Source: Chromera velia
Lineage: Eukaryota
Direction of reading: 5' to 3'
NCBI GenBank assembly: GCA_018398765.1
Contig: JAHBMJ010000316.1
Coordinates: 1-50,559, forward strand
DNA: 50,559 bases
Positions 12,030-22,493 of this stretch are shown here, one piece after another; the stretch's first letter is position 1; each line of letters opens with the position of its first letter. Under the pieces are notes generated by a model that was not told the DNA's origin, did no database searches, and saw nothing but the letters and a program-made list of their open reading frames with translations. Position numbers and translations under genes: made by a program.

Positions 12030-12303
12030 TGTAGTACTGATGCCTGGCACCGCCAAGTTGAATATGTTATCGCCTGATTATCGCGCTGCTACGTGTCTGA
12101 TGCACGCGTTTAGTCTGCTGGCCTGCCTCAGTCTGCATGGTTTTGCTGCATACATCTTTTCACAGACTGACATCAGTGTTGTGATGTGTTATATTTCATG
12201 GAGAAACAACAATGTCTGGAAGAAGAACTAAACGATCAGTTCTTTTGTGCGTCTTATGAATGACTCTAGAAATCCTCCCTAGGTATCCCTTAGCAATCCT
12301 ACA
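12030..12303 (+). repeat. 3' LTR
   Basis: TGTAGTACTGATG...GCAATCCTACA, with a 6-bp insertion relative to the 5' LTR. Confidence 0.95.
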
Positions 12304-12305
12304 GG

Positions 12306-13385
12306 ATGGCCCGGAAAGCGTAGCTGAGGCGCGAGTATTCAGGATCATAACTTAGTGCGTGATAGTAAGGCGGGCCTGCATGGCAGATTTACAATTTTTC
12401 ATAGTAAAATTATTTTCTCGCGGGATGTAAAAGATGACTGTTTTGATGATATTTGGGGTTTAAAAGGCTGAAAAAGCGATAAAATTCATCACCCTTGTCA
12501 TCTGGCAGATTTGCAATTACCATCATATATTATGTATTATAATCCTGAACACTCGCGGGGGCATTTACAAAGACTCAGAGTTGAGGTGGGAGCGCACGTA
12601 TAACATACGTCAGATTAGAAATTTTGACGTATGCAGATCATGTGGCAGATGCATGTCCTGCAAATAGAGCTGAGGGCCGGGGCACTTAACAGAACTAAAC
12701 AGAACATGAGCAAAGGTGAAAATAATTTTGATCGCTTTTCGGGCCATTCGCATGGAGTGCGTCAGATAAAGAAGCCGGTGTACTCCCTACGTACATGTTT
12801 CAGGCGGCATATATCAATAATTAAGTGCCTCGAAATAATGTGTCAAAGGCCCTATACTTCGGTGGAATTCTGGCCTGTGCCATTAGTATGTTTGAAAGAT
12901 AGAGTGGGACTTTTTTTTTTTTTTGCCCGGAAAGCGTAGCTGAGGGGCATTTACAAAGAGTTTAGGTGGGAGGGCCCATATATGTCGAGCGTCGTGAATC
13001 TCTAATTAAAAACTCTGACGCACGCAAATGGACCTCCCTAAACCTAACTACCACTTGAAAATTTAAGCCGTATTTTTAGATAAGCTTGAAAGTCCGCGCC
13101 GCAGGCGCGGATCATTTACGGTGTTTTGAAAGCCGAAGCCGCATATCTGGACGGTGTCTTAACCATCTATGCCGCAGGTGTGGACAGTCTCTTAAAAAAC
13201 GATGCCGCACATAGAGATCATCTTGATTATATTTTTTTAATTGGCACTTAGGTTCAGGGAGGTTCGCAAATGTATGTCCCGGAAATAGATCTGACGGGGC
13301 ACTTAATACAATGAACATCAGTGGAGATCAGAAAAAAGTTAATTGAATTCGCTTTCCGGGCCATTCGCACGGAGTGCGTCAGATA
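12306..13385. repeat. Two diverged copies (about 12306-12770 and 12926-13385) of a repeat with inverted end motifs
   Basis: Both copies start GCCCGGAAAGCGTAGCTGAG...GGGCATTTACAAAGA and end CGCTTT(T/C)CGGGCCATTCGCA(T/C)GGAGTGCGTCAGATA. CGCTTTCCGGGCCAT is the reverse complement of ATGGCCCGGAAAGCG. Confidence 0.65.
12330..12557. mobile_element. 228-bp MITE with CGCGAG termini and a 2-bp (GG) TSD
   Basis: TIRs CGCGAGTATTCAGGATCATAA and TTATAATCCTGAACACTCGCG. The empty site CTGAGGGGCATTT at about 12940 has 4 G; the filled site has GG plus GGGG. Confidence 0.8.
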
Positions 13386-13575
13386 GCTCGGATAACAGCT
13401 TCTTTTGACTTTGCGTGTGTCTCTAGCGTTTTCTCGATCTGCACATTTTCACCTTACATGGTTGCTGGCCTCTATATTATCAAAGACAGTGAGGATGATA
13501 GAGGATGAGATAATTTCGTCTACAAAAAAGTCCGTATGCAAAAGCCGCGTACAAAAGTGTTTGAAACAAAATTAA

Positions 13576-13645
13576 TGATTGAGAGTTTTTTCATGTAGGC
13601 CGCGTCCCCGTATATGAGAGGCGGATCTAACCTAGTTTGTCGATT
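13576..13645 (-). mobile_element. Diverged 3' tail of a second CRE-family copy
   Basis: GATTGAGAGTTTTTTCATGTAGGCCGCGTCCCCGTATATGAGAGGCGGATCTAACCTAGTTTGTC aligns with 13680-13744 with several substitutions. Confidence 0.8.
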
Positions 13646-13679
13646 TGTTCCATCCTAAATTAAACTACGCAACAAAATT

Positions 13680-15453
13680 GATTGAGGTTTTTGTTATGCA
13701 TGCCGCGTCCCCGTGTATGAGGGGCGGATCTAGCCTAGTCTGTCAAAAGGTTCCGGTTCGTCCCATCTGTTCTGAATCTAGGAACACTGCTTATTAATCA
13801 CTTTTACTGCGGCTTATTTCTTAAGCGGCGGTAGAGTAGAACTTGGAGAACAACGAAAAGAGGGGAGAGGCAGGGCAAAAACTTTCTAAAAGTTTGTCTC
13901 CTTGGCAAAGGCTACCCTTTGACGGCAGAGAACAACTTCAAAGAGACCCCTCCCATTAATCTGCCCCTCATTTTCTCAACCTTCTTTTCTTCCTTTCCTT
14001 TCATGCGCTTGCCCCCCCTTTTTTTCCCTTCTTGTTTGTATACAAAGAATCAATTACAAAAGGATCGCTTAGTTTGTGCCCTCCGAGTCGAAAGACCCAG
14101 AGAACGCTGCGACCTCCCTACCGAGAAGGCACTCAGGCTGGAAGGGCCCTCTGGTTCCCCTCCTGCTGTGAATTGAACAGAGAAGATTTGCGGCAACGAA
14201 ACGCTGTAGCGTGCAGGAAAGAAACTTTATAATACCGGTCCATCAGCCTTGTCTGCACTGCCTCATCTCCCTCTCCTCCTCTCACTCTTCCGGCCCCCAA
14301 CTTCGCTATCTCTTTCAAAAAACGAATTGTCCCCTCTCCTGGTCTCCCATATGTCTCAAACACAAGAGGAACAAACCGAAATCCGATTTCATGACAGATC
14401 TCACCGTACCTGTCGTTTTTGACCTTCTCCATCGCCTTTGCTGCCGACCCTGCTGTTTTTGCGAATCTTCGCAGGCGGTTGGCATCAATTGAGAATGGAT
14501 GGGTCACTGCGACGTCTCCTAGTACGGTGTCTCCTGATGGGAGACCTGCAAGGAAATCGGGACGTTTCTGTCTCTCATTGACGAGACGGGTGGGAGTAGA
14601 CAAGCCTAGCTGTCCGAAGGTTGGCTCCCTTGTTACATAGCAATGACGGAGCCCCTGCAAAAGAGAGCAGAATGCATCTTTCATCTGTTCATGTCTCCAC
14701 CACACTCCCCCCCCCGTGCCACAAGTCTGTGCATGCTGACCCTCATGGTCCAGCGTAGCCCCACAAGCACAGATCGGGTTCCGTTTGATTTCTGGGATGG
14801 GAAGACCCAGACGGAGACGAACGGCGGTGGTGAAAAGCGTGGGGGAAATTTTTGTCCATCCAGAGGACGGCATCGCAGTGAGCCAAGCTGAAGCCCCTGT
14901 GCCTGAACAAGACTTCAAACGTGCCTTCCCTGGAGGGGACAGCGCATTCAGAAGTTGTTCTCTACGAACAAGGTGGAGGGCTTCAATCATTAAGTGCTGC
15001 ATCTCCCCCCTCTCATGAATTAGGAAATCATCAATTCTCTCCCCCCACTCACTTTGCAACACCCGGGGAATGTGGTTCTGTCCGAGTTCCCTCTGCACCC
15101 CCCCTCTGCAGTCCGTATATGCCTGTGCCACTCTTTTCACCCAATGCAGGCCGGCAAAATCCGATTGTGTTGGCGTTGCAAAACCTTGATCGGTAAGCCT
15201 GCCTCTGACTGCGGCGAGGGTTTGCGCACCGCAGCCTACTAGTGCTGCCGGCGCGATATGACGGAAAAAAGGGATTCCTAACCCCCCCTGGCATAACGGG
15301 AGATAGATCTGCTCCTTCTTTTGGATCCATTCTTCTGGGGTCAGACGCATACTGCGGACAAAAGAGTTCCCCAACTCCTTATCCGCCCGCTCCCAGACGT
15401 CAGTGTGTAGTCTGTCTGCCATCACTCGGGCCAAGTAGACAAGTTTAGGGAAG
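13680..15453 (-). mobile_element. 5'-truncated CRE-clade non-LTR retrotransposon (restriction-like endonuclease type) with 13-bp TSD
   Basis: TSD ACGCAACAAAATT at 13667-13679 and 15454-15466. The 3' end is a GC hairpin followed by AAAAACCTCAATC. It encodes the post-RT region, zinc finger and RLE. Confidence 0.92.
14133..15453 (-). pseudogene. CRE-like ORF C-terminal part: post-RT region, Zn finger, PD-(D/E)xK-type restriction-like endonuclease
   Basis: Motifs LPLCQGGLGI, SGTGASAWL, RLRLGL, CACGATLDHEGQHAQTC, RHEQMKD, KRPDFL...LGDVAVTHP, KNDRY and FVPLVFETYG. The RT core is missing. A probable frameshift lies near 14220 (the other frame reads SCTLQRFVAANL). Confidence 0.9.
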
Positions 15454-15823
15454 ACGCAACAAAATTTGTTGTTCGCGTGTGCGGATTTCACTAAAAAACT
15501 TTTGTACGCGGCTTTTGCGCGCGGACTTTTGCAGACGGAATTATCTCATCCTCACTGTCTGTGATAATACTAGAACTAATACCGACTATTACCGAGGCCC
15601 AGGGCCCCGGCATATTAATATATGATCCTCAATTAAATCTAGCTCTGCATAGCTCTGCAGGCAGTGGCCGGGTTGATCTGATGTGAAAGCGAGGACAGTG
15701 CTGTGTCGTGTTGTCTTTTTCTGTCTTCTTTTTCTGCCAGAAGTGTGTTAATCGTGCGTTTCGAGAGGTGAGAGCAAAGCTTGCAGTGTGTTAATCGTCG
15801 ACCTTCGTTCAGAGAAAATTGGG

Positions 15824-17725
15824 ATGTTTGCACCAATCAGACTGATGAAGAGAGAGGCGGGGCTTTCAAAGCAGAAGCCCAGGAAGGATGAGCTTTATTC
15901 TTTCCTGCGCAAGACGAAACTCTGTTGGCATTTCTCCAATGGAAAGTGTGAGTCCATTGACTGCGTTTGAAGTGCGTTCGTATTGGGCTCTTTTTTTTCT
16001 GTACGTCTCGTGAATTCATGAAAGCCCTTTTCTTATAGAAGAATTTTCCCTTTCGATGTTTTCGATCTGCAGGGCGGTGCCGGTCCCTTGCCTTGATTCA
16101 TTCTTTGTAGAGCTTTTTCATGTTCTCCTTCTCTTGCAGGTGTACTCGGGAGCAGATGCAAATTTGCTCACAGCGTCAACGACCTGAAGGAAAATCCGGA
16201 CCTGAGGAACACGCGCATGTGTAACTCTGTCAAAAAGGTACGTCCGGCCGTAAGGGGGGGGCGGAAGATGCACGTACACACAAAAAAGCCGCTGGCTGGG
16301 AACGGCCCTATGTGCAGTTCTGAGGGAAATCGATCATTCAGGAGTGTGTAAACCTGACCTTTTGAAATTCGTTAAGAAGTTTCGATTGGCCTGGCCGTCT
16401 CTCTCCCACCTTCTCTCTCTGGCGTGAAGGGAGTCGACTGACTGCACGTCCTGTTTTTTGTCATGTTCCCTTGGCTTGTTGAAGTCGACGTGAAGATTCA
16501 TTCCTGTGCGCTTGTCTGGCCAGAAGACTGTCTCTCGGAACGAACGTTGAATGTATTGAATATGCGTGTGGTTTGATGGCTTTGATGGTTCTTCCTTTCT
16601 CCCATGAAATTCTTCTGCGCGCCCGGCTAAATGCAGGGTCAACAATGCTGGAGAGCGGATGCTTGCACCTACGCACACTCTCAGGAGGGTGAGTCAGACA
16701 GACTCGATCAATGATCGCCCAATTTCGTGCCTCTCTCTCTCCCTCTCTTCGGAATCTGTGCGTTCGTGAGCGTCTGTGTCTATGCAAAGGGTCCGTCTGC
16801 ATGCCTCTCTTCCTCTCCGCCTTCTCTCATTCCATGCTTCTTGCCCTTTGTGTGTTTGCGGGTGTACGCGCTTGCGTCTTCCTCTCTTTGCATATCACTC
16901 CACCCCGCTTTTCGCTCTCCGTTTCTCCTTCTCTTTCTCTTCGGGTCCTTCGGACACACACTGAAAAGTTCTGTTTTCGTGAGTGTGCGTCCTGTCCTTT
17001 CTCCGTCACTCTTTTCTTCTGAAGGCATGACTTGCAGAGTCCCGAAGAGACGAGGGGTCTGCATGCGCCTGCAGATTATTATATGCCTTTTTTTTTATGT
17101 ACCTTCCTTCTTGCGTCCGTATCAATGAATGACTGGTGTATCTCGACGTGATCACCATCCATGCATCCATGCAGAGCTCCGGAGGGCCAACAAGTACCGA
17201 GAGGTGTTCCAGACAGACACGGGGCACACCAGCTACACGTACAAACCTATCCCGTCCGCCTCCACCAAGACGAACACGAAGAAGAACTTCGAGCAGGGAC
17301 CTGAATGGTCGTCCCCGTACTCGCATTCATTCTCCACTGCTGCCACTACCGATACAGATACCCCTAGTTCCCTTCATCAGATCATGGCATCCGAGACACA
17401 CACAGAGAGACAGACTCACCTTGCTGATGCTGAGGTAGACATTCATCACCAGAAGACCGCACTGCAGAAGAAGGCAGAGACAGAGAAGGAGGCTCCCTGC
17501 GACCTCCCACCGAAACGGAACCTTCCTCCTGGATGGGAACGCCTAGTGGGTCCCCCCCTGATCATGCCTGCGTTCTGGAGTGAGCTCTCGTCACCGGAAG
17601 AGACGGATGAGATACTTCTGTCCCTCTTCGCGTCCGTGACGGGACAGAGAGGGGACGGGCAGAGGTATCATGTGAAGGGAGAGGGCGGGAGGAATTCCGA
17701 GCATTCTTTCACCATTGGTGACTGA
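15824..17725 (+). CDS. Tandem CCCH zinc-finger RNA-binding protein (4 exons)
   Basis: Exons 15824-15947, 16140-16237, 16637-16688 and 17175-17725 join in phase through GT-AG introns. They give KTKLCWHFSNGKCVLGSRCKFAH (C-x7-C-x5-C-x3-H), linker SVNDLKENPDLRNTRM, and CNSVKKGQQCWRADACTYAH (C-x8-C-x5-C-x3-H), then a Ser/Thr/Pro-rich tail. Confidence 0.9.
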
Positions 17726-18920
17726 CCACTCGGAGGAGAGGCTCTCTCTCTCTCTCCCTCTCTCGCGCAGTGCTGCAAGAAACGAACGAGACGGTGCTTT
17801 GATGTCAATCAATATACGCGTGCGTCCATTCGGACGTTTTTGTCCTTTGTCCGTCAGCCGGGAGCGCCTTTGTTTGAGTGAGCACTGTTCAGTATTTCCC
17901 GCAGACAGGAAGAGAAAGAAGGAAGGGAGGAAGCAAAAACAAACATGGCATGGATGCAAAGAGAAGCGAAGAGTGGAGTGAAGAGAAACGAAGGAAGGAA
18001 GCAAGCAATTCAGAAAGGAAGGAAAGAAAGGGGGGACGCTTCATGATGGCCGGTGGTCGTCCTGCCGTCCTTTCCGCTCGTTCCCTCTCTTCCTGTCTTA
18101 TGCTTCTTCTCCCTTTCTCGTTCTCCTCTTCTTTCCTTCTTTCCTTTCCTTTGGTTTCTTGCGATTGTGGCCGGACTGACTGTCTGTTTCTCTCTTTCTT
18201 CAGATCCTTCCGCGACTGGCCTGTAAATAGAAACGAAACACAACAGCGATGAATGAATGCGTGCATGCATGTGTGCGGAACAACTTCAGGGCGATGTCAC
18301 GAGGCTTTCAGAAAGGCAGATCGAATACAGTCCGTTCGGTTCGGTTTCCTCTTCTGGAGGGAGGGAGGGAGGGAGGAAGTCACCCCCTCTGAACCCCCGC
18401 AAGACAGGGCAAAATGCCAAGTGACTGAATGCCTCACGAATAGACAGACAGACCGACCTGAGGGGGTTCCAATCAGACTGTTTCTGTGTAATTCTTTTTC
18501 TTTGTCCCTTCTCGAGTTCCTTTTACTTCACTGTATGCATGAGTGTGTGTATGAATGATTTCTTGACAACAGTAGCGTAGCTTGAGTTTTAGCTTTTGTT
18601 TGTTTTTGCCTTTATTCCTTTTTCTCTTTCTTTCTGTCTCCAAATTCATCCCCTTCCCTAACATTTTCTTTTCCGCCATGCGCAGGATGCCGGCCGACAT
18701 TGTTTTCTCTTGCTGAGAATATTTGCATGTCTGCTTGACTTGAGGGTATCGGCATGATTGCCTGACTCGAGAGTATCTGCGTGTTCACTTGTCCTGTAAA
18801 TATTTGCATGTATGATTGCCTGAAAGTTTGCTTCAATATCGGGTGACCCCTTCTCTTTCTCTATCTCTACCTCCCTTTTCTGCTTTCCTGTCGTGCCTCT
18901 TCCTTCCTTCTTAGACAGTC

Positions 18921-19017
18921 GGTGTCACTCCTCGAAGGAATTAAGCCAAGAATATTTTTCATCGATGGCGCCATCGATGAAAAATTTTCTTGGTGTCACT
19001 CCTCGAAGGAATTAAGC
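18921..19017. repeat. 48-bp near-perfect palindrome between identical 26-bp direct repeats
   Basis: GGTGTCACTCCTCGAAGGAATTAAGC at 18921-18946 and 18992-19017. Palindrome CCAAGAATATTTTTCATCGATGGC|GCCATCGATGAAAAATTTTCTTGG at 18946-18993, with one mismatch. Confidence 0.9.
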
Positions 19018-19681
19018 AGGTGCTCTTCCATTTTTCTCTCCTCCTCTGGTGTGTTTTCTTTCTTTGGCCTGTTCGTGCATTCCCGTTTTTCCTTTTTTTG
19101 TCTTCTCTGGTTTGGTGTTTTTTCTTCTTCTTCCTCTTCCTCTTCTGTCTATTTCCTTTCCTGGCAAATTGGCGGCCCAAAGGATTCCTTCAAGAAGCGG
19201 GCCCTTTTGGCGTTACTCAGAAAGAAGGGTGAAGAACGAAGTGCGTGACGGATTGTCTACATGCCCGTGCCTCTCTCCCCCTCCCTCCCTCCCTGCGTCT
19301 CACAATTATGGAACGAAGAGAAGAGAGCACCCTTGGTCGGCACGCCTCTCCTTCCATCCCTCATGATCTCTCTCTCTCTCTCTCTCTTTCTCTCTTTCTC
19401 TAATTGAGGGAAGGGGGTGGAATGAGATGACAGACAGAGAGGGAGCAAGTTTGTGTGGGTGTGGGGAGGAGTGAAGGGAGGGGGGTGCAGTGGTATTTGG
19501 TGTCGATCGAAGTGATGAGGAAAGAAGAGGAATGCATTGCTGAATGAATGAATGAATGAAATGCATCAATGCATCAATGCACAAAGGGATGCACATTGAA
19601 GTGACGAATTCAAAGTTCTTGATCTCGACCGGAACCTTTCAAGAAGCTGCATGTGCCCAGGAAGGGTGTAACAAAAACGAC

Positions 19682-19878
19682 AAGACAATGAAATATGCGT
19701 TCGGGCATGTCTCTCTTCCTTCTCTGACAATTAAGACAATGAAATATGCATTCGGGCATGTCTCGCTTCCTTCTCTGACAATTAAGACAATGAAAGATGC
19801 ATTCGGGAGTGTCTCGCTTCCTTCTCTGACAATTAAGACAATGAAATACGCGTTCGGGCATGTCTCGCTTCCGTCTCT
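19682..19878 (+). repeat. 51-bp tandem repeat, about 4 copies
   Basis: AAGACAATGAAATATGCGTTCGGGCATGTCTCGCTTCCTTCTCTGACAATT starts at 19682, 19733, 19784 and 19835. Confidence 0.95.
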
Positions 19879-21994
19879 CGTTTTCCTTCGCTCCTCTGGC
19901 TCCTTACGTACGTATTTGTGTTCTTCATGTCATGTCACGTCATTAATTCAAATTGATCATTCATTGTGAAAAAGAGTAGTGCCGTCATGTCGTGTGCGGA
20001 AGGAAGGAAGGAAGGAAGGAACGCGCCGCCGCCGCATCGGAACGTGTCTGTCTGTCCTACTTTCCCTCCCTCCCTTTCCCTCTCTTTCTTGCCCCGAAAA
20101 CTTGTGTGCATGCAACTTTACCTGAATTCAGAAGTGAAGAAGTGAAAGAAGGAGACTTCAACAGATCAATTCATGAAACCGCTCCCCCTCCAAACGAGAG
20201 AGAGACCGAAATCAGGATCGGATTGAGGTGTGGAGAGAGGGAGAGAAAACATAGTGGAGCTCTCCTAGGCAGCTCTCTCTTTGCTGCGCATTCAAATTAA
20301 TTATGGAAGGATCATTCAAAGCAGAAATGCGTGACAATGCCCACACAAAAGCGAAGGAAGTAAGGAAGTCAAATAATCTTACAAGCGCGGTCGGCCGAAC
20401 TCCCCCAATCCCACCGGGTTGTTTGTATAGTCAGAAGTCAGAGACGCCGTTGGTCGTTTTCTTTCTTTTGTCTACTGAATACGGGGTTGGGTTGTTGGAG
20501 CAGGGTTCCTTTCTCTTATATACTCCAGTTGCTTCCCATTAGTCTTTGACAAAAGTTGATTCAAACTTTAGCCGATTGATCAATTGGTTCATCGAGTGAC
20601 ATCTCGACCCTTTTCTCGAAGAGGACAGGCAAAAGATAAAATCTTCGAGGGCATCAGAGCAGAGATCGAGGGAGAAACAGTCGATTGCTCCGCAAGTACG
20701 CTTAGAAGGGTGAGTGAGTGAGTGAGACGTTTTTCTGTTTTTTCGTTTCTGGCGGCCTTGTGTTGTGGAGTTCCTTCCTGCACGGTCATTTTCTCTTGAT
20801 TCCTTCTACTCGTTTTATAATTCTTTTCTTTTCTGTCGTGGCTTGATTTGAAAGCCCTTTCAAGCATGTAATGTGTCGGTTCTTTCTTTTGTTTTTTGTT
20901 GGTAAGTTTTCTCCACTGCCCCCTTCATCTCACTAAACGTGTTTGTCGGGTCCTTCCTTCATCCTACTTTCCTTTGCCATGCAGGGTTTTTCTCTTCCCC
21001 TCCATTTCCTTTCCCCGCTATTCGTTGTATGGTCTGGGTGGACAGGTTAATCAATCGTCCTCGCCCCTGCTGATGTCTTCAAGTTCGGAAGGAAGGCATC
21101 TTTTGTGCAGGGGGCACTGCTGCTGCTGGTGTTTGGTGATGTTTCGTTCTCTTTATAGGTTTGTGTTGTTTTGGTCTTTCTCTCAAGAGGTTTCTGTTGT
21201 TTTATTGTTTCTCTCTGGAGGTTTGTGTTGCTCTATTGTTTCTCAGGTTTTTGTTTTGCTGTCTCTTGATTGTCTTTCCGCCTGCCCTGCATGGCCCATT
21301 TGAAGGGGCGAAAAACGCAAGAAAAGAGGAAAAGAGGAGCCGAGAACGGATACCGCATGCATGATGAGGCAGCCGGTGAATGTCTCTCTGGGTTCTGAAG
21401 ATCCAGCACCGACTGACTGCCTGTCGGACAGACTGGCTGGTTAACTGTCGTTATTTGGCTGCTCGGACGGATGGAGGGTTTTTAGGGTACGGGCTCGGGC
21501 AGAGGTTGTCTGGCTGGCTGGCCGGCCTGTCTCTGTTTTGGTCAGTCGGTGCATGCCTTTGTGAGGCTTTGATCCGGAAACGAGGGAGACCAGAGAATTC
21601 AGGGGCCTTGTATGCTTTTTTGGTCTTTTTCTTCTCTTTGTGTGTGTGATGAAGGGAAGGAATTGGGGCCAGAAGGAGCGGAGGACGTTGAATCAATGAA
21701 TGAACTCATCAAGCCAGAAAGAATTAGAATTGGGCTCTTGATCCGTCACCCTTCCTCTCTTTGTGTCTTGTCTGTCTTGCCTCGCAATCTACGTGTCTGT
21801 CTGTACGTCAGTGAGGCTGTCAAGAACGACACCGGCCGATTCTGTCTGTGTGTCTGTCTGCCTAGATCAAAAGGAGCCAAATGGGCCGTCATTCTGAGCC
21901 TGCTTCTTGTCTGGGTAACCTTTTTCTTCCTCCCTCTTTTGCTTGTCTTTTGTTTGGTATTAACAATTCACGCAACTGGAAAAATCAAAGCATG

Positions 21995-22130
21995 TGAGAG
22001 TGAGTGAGTTAGTGAGTGAGTGATAGTGAGTGAGTGAGTGAGTGAATACATGAGTCAATGTATGCAGGTGAGTAAGTGAGTAGATGAGTGAGTGAATGGG
22101 TGAGTGAATAAATGAGTGGAGCGTGAGTGA
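21995..22130. repeat. (GAGT)n degenerate microsatellite
   Basis: Seen directly. Confidence 0.85.
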
Positions 22131-22262
22131 GAGAATGGATGTAGGAAGGTGGGTCGGGGCCCCCCGGGTTGTCGCATGAACAAAACAAACCTGAAAGCCC
22201 GTCAGAAAGAGACCGAGGCAGACAGACAGAGAAATATGATTATAATTGAGTACTTGCCTGCG

Positions 22263-22279
22263 TTCTTTCTTTCTTTTTT

Positions 22280-22311
<32 letters not shown>

Positions 22312-22493
22312 TTCTTTCTTTCTTTCTTTCTTTTCTTTCTTTCTTTCTTTCTTTTCTTTCTTTCTTTCTTTCTTTCTTTTCTTTCTTTCTTTCTTTTCTT
22401 TCTTTCTTTCTTTCTTTCTTTCTTTTCTTTCTTTCTTTCTTTCTTTCTTTTCTTTCTTTTCTTTCTTTCTTTCTTTCTTTCTTTCCTTCTTTT
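22263..22493. repeat. (CTTT)n polypyrimidine microsatellite
   Basis: About 230 bp of uninterrupted pyrimidines. Confidence 0.95.

Larger units (their letters stand above)
5908..12303 (+). mobile_element. Full-length degenerate Ty3/Gypsy LTR retrotransposon with chromodomain (chromovirus)
   Basis: TG...CA LTRs at 5908-6175 and 12030-12303. 5-bp TSD AGATG/GGATG with one mismatch. PBS and PPT present. Domain order gag-PR-RT-RH-IN-CHD, with many stops and frameshifts. Confidence 0.97.
13475..15569. mobile_element. MITE with about 75-85 bp TIRs and a CTA (or TA) TSD, hosting CRE insertions
   Basis: The left TIR TATTATCAAAGACAGTGAGGATGA...GCAAAAGCCGCGTACAAAAGT (13475-13558) matches the right TIR ACTTTTGTACGCGGCTTTTGC...TCATCCTCACTGTCTGTGATAATA (15498-15569). 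CTA occurs at 13472-13474 and 15570-15572. Confidence 0.85.

Noticed and set aside
13576..13745. Ribozyme or SL-RNA gene in the tandem GC hairpins
   Set aside because: I see no hammerhead core, HDV pseudoknot or convincing SL-RNA layout. The position fits the CRE 3' terminus.
13475..15569. Novel DNA transposon encoding its own RLE nuclease between TIRs
   Set aside because: The internal ORF has its own 13-bp TSD, 3' tail and 5' truncation, so it is a retrotransposon insertion into a MITE, not native cargo.
19556..19969. ORF with 17-aa repeats
   Set aside because: It is a by-product of the 51-bp tandem repeat, with no splice or domain support.
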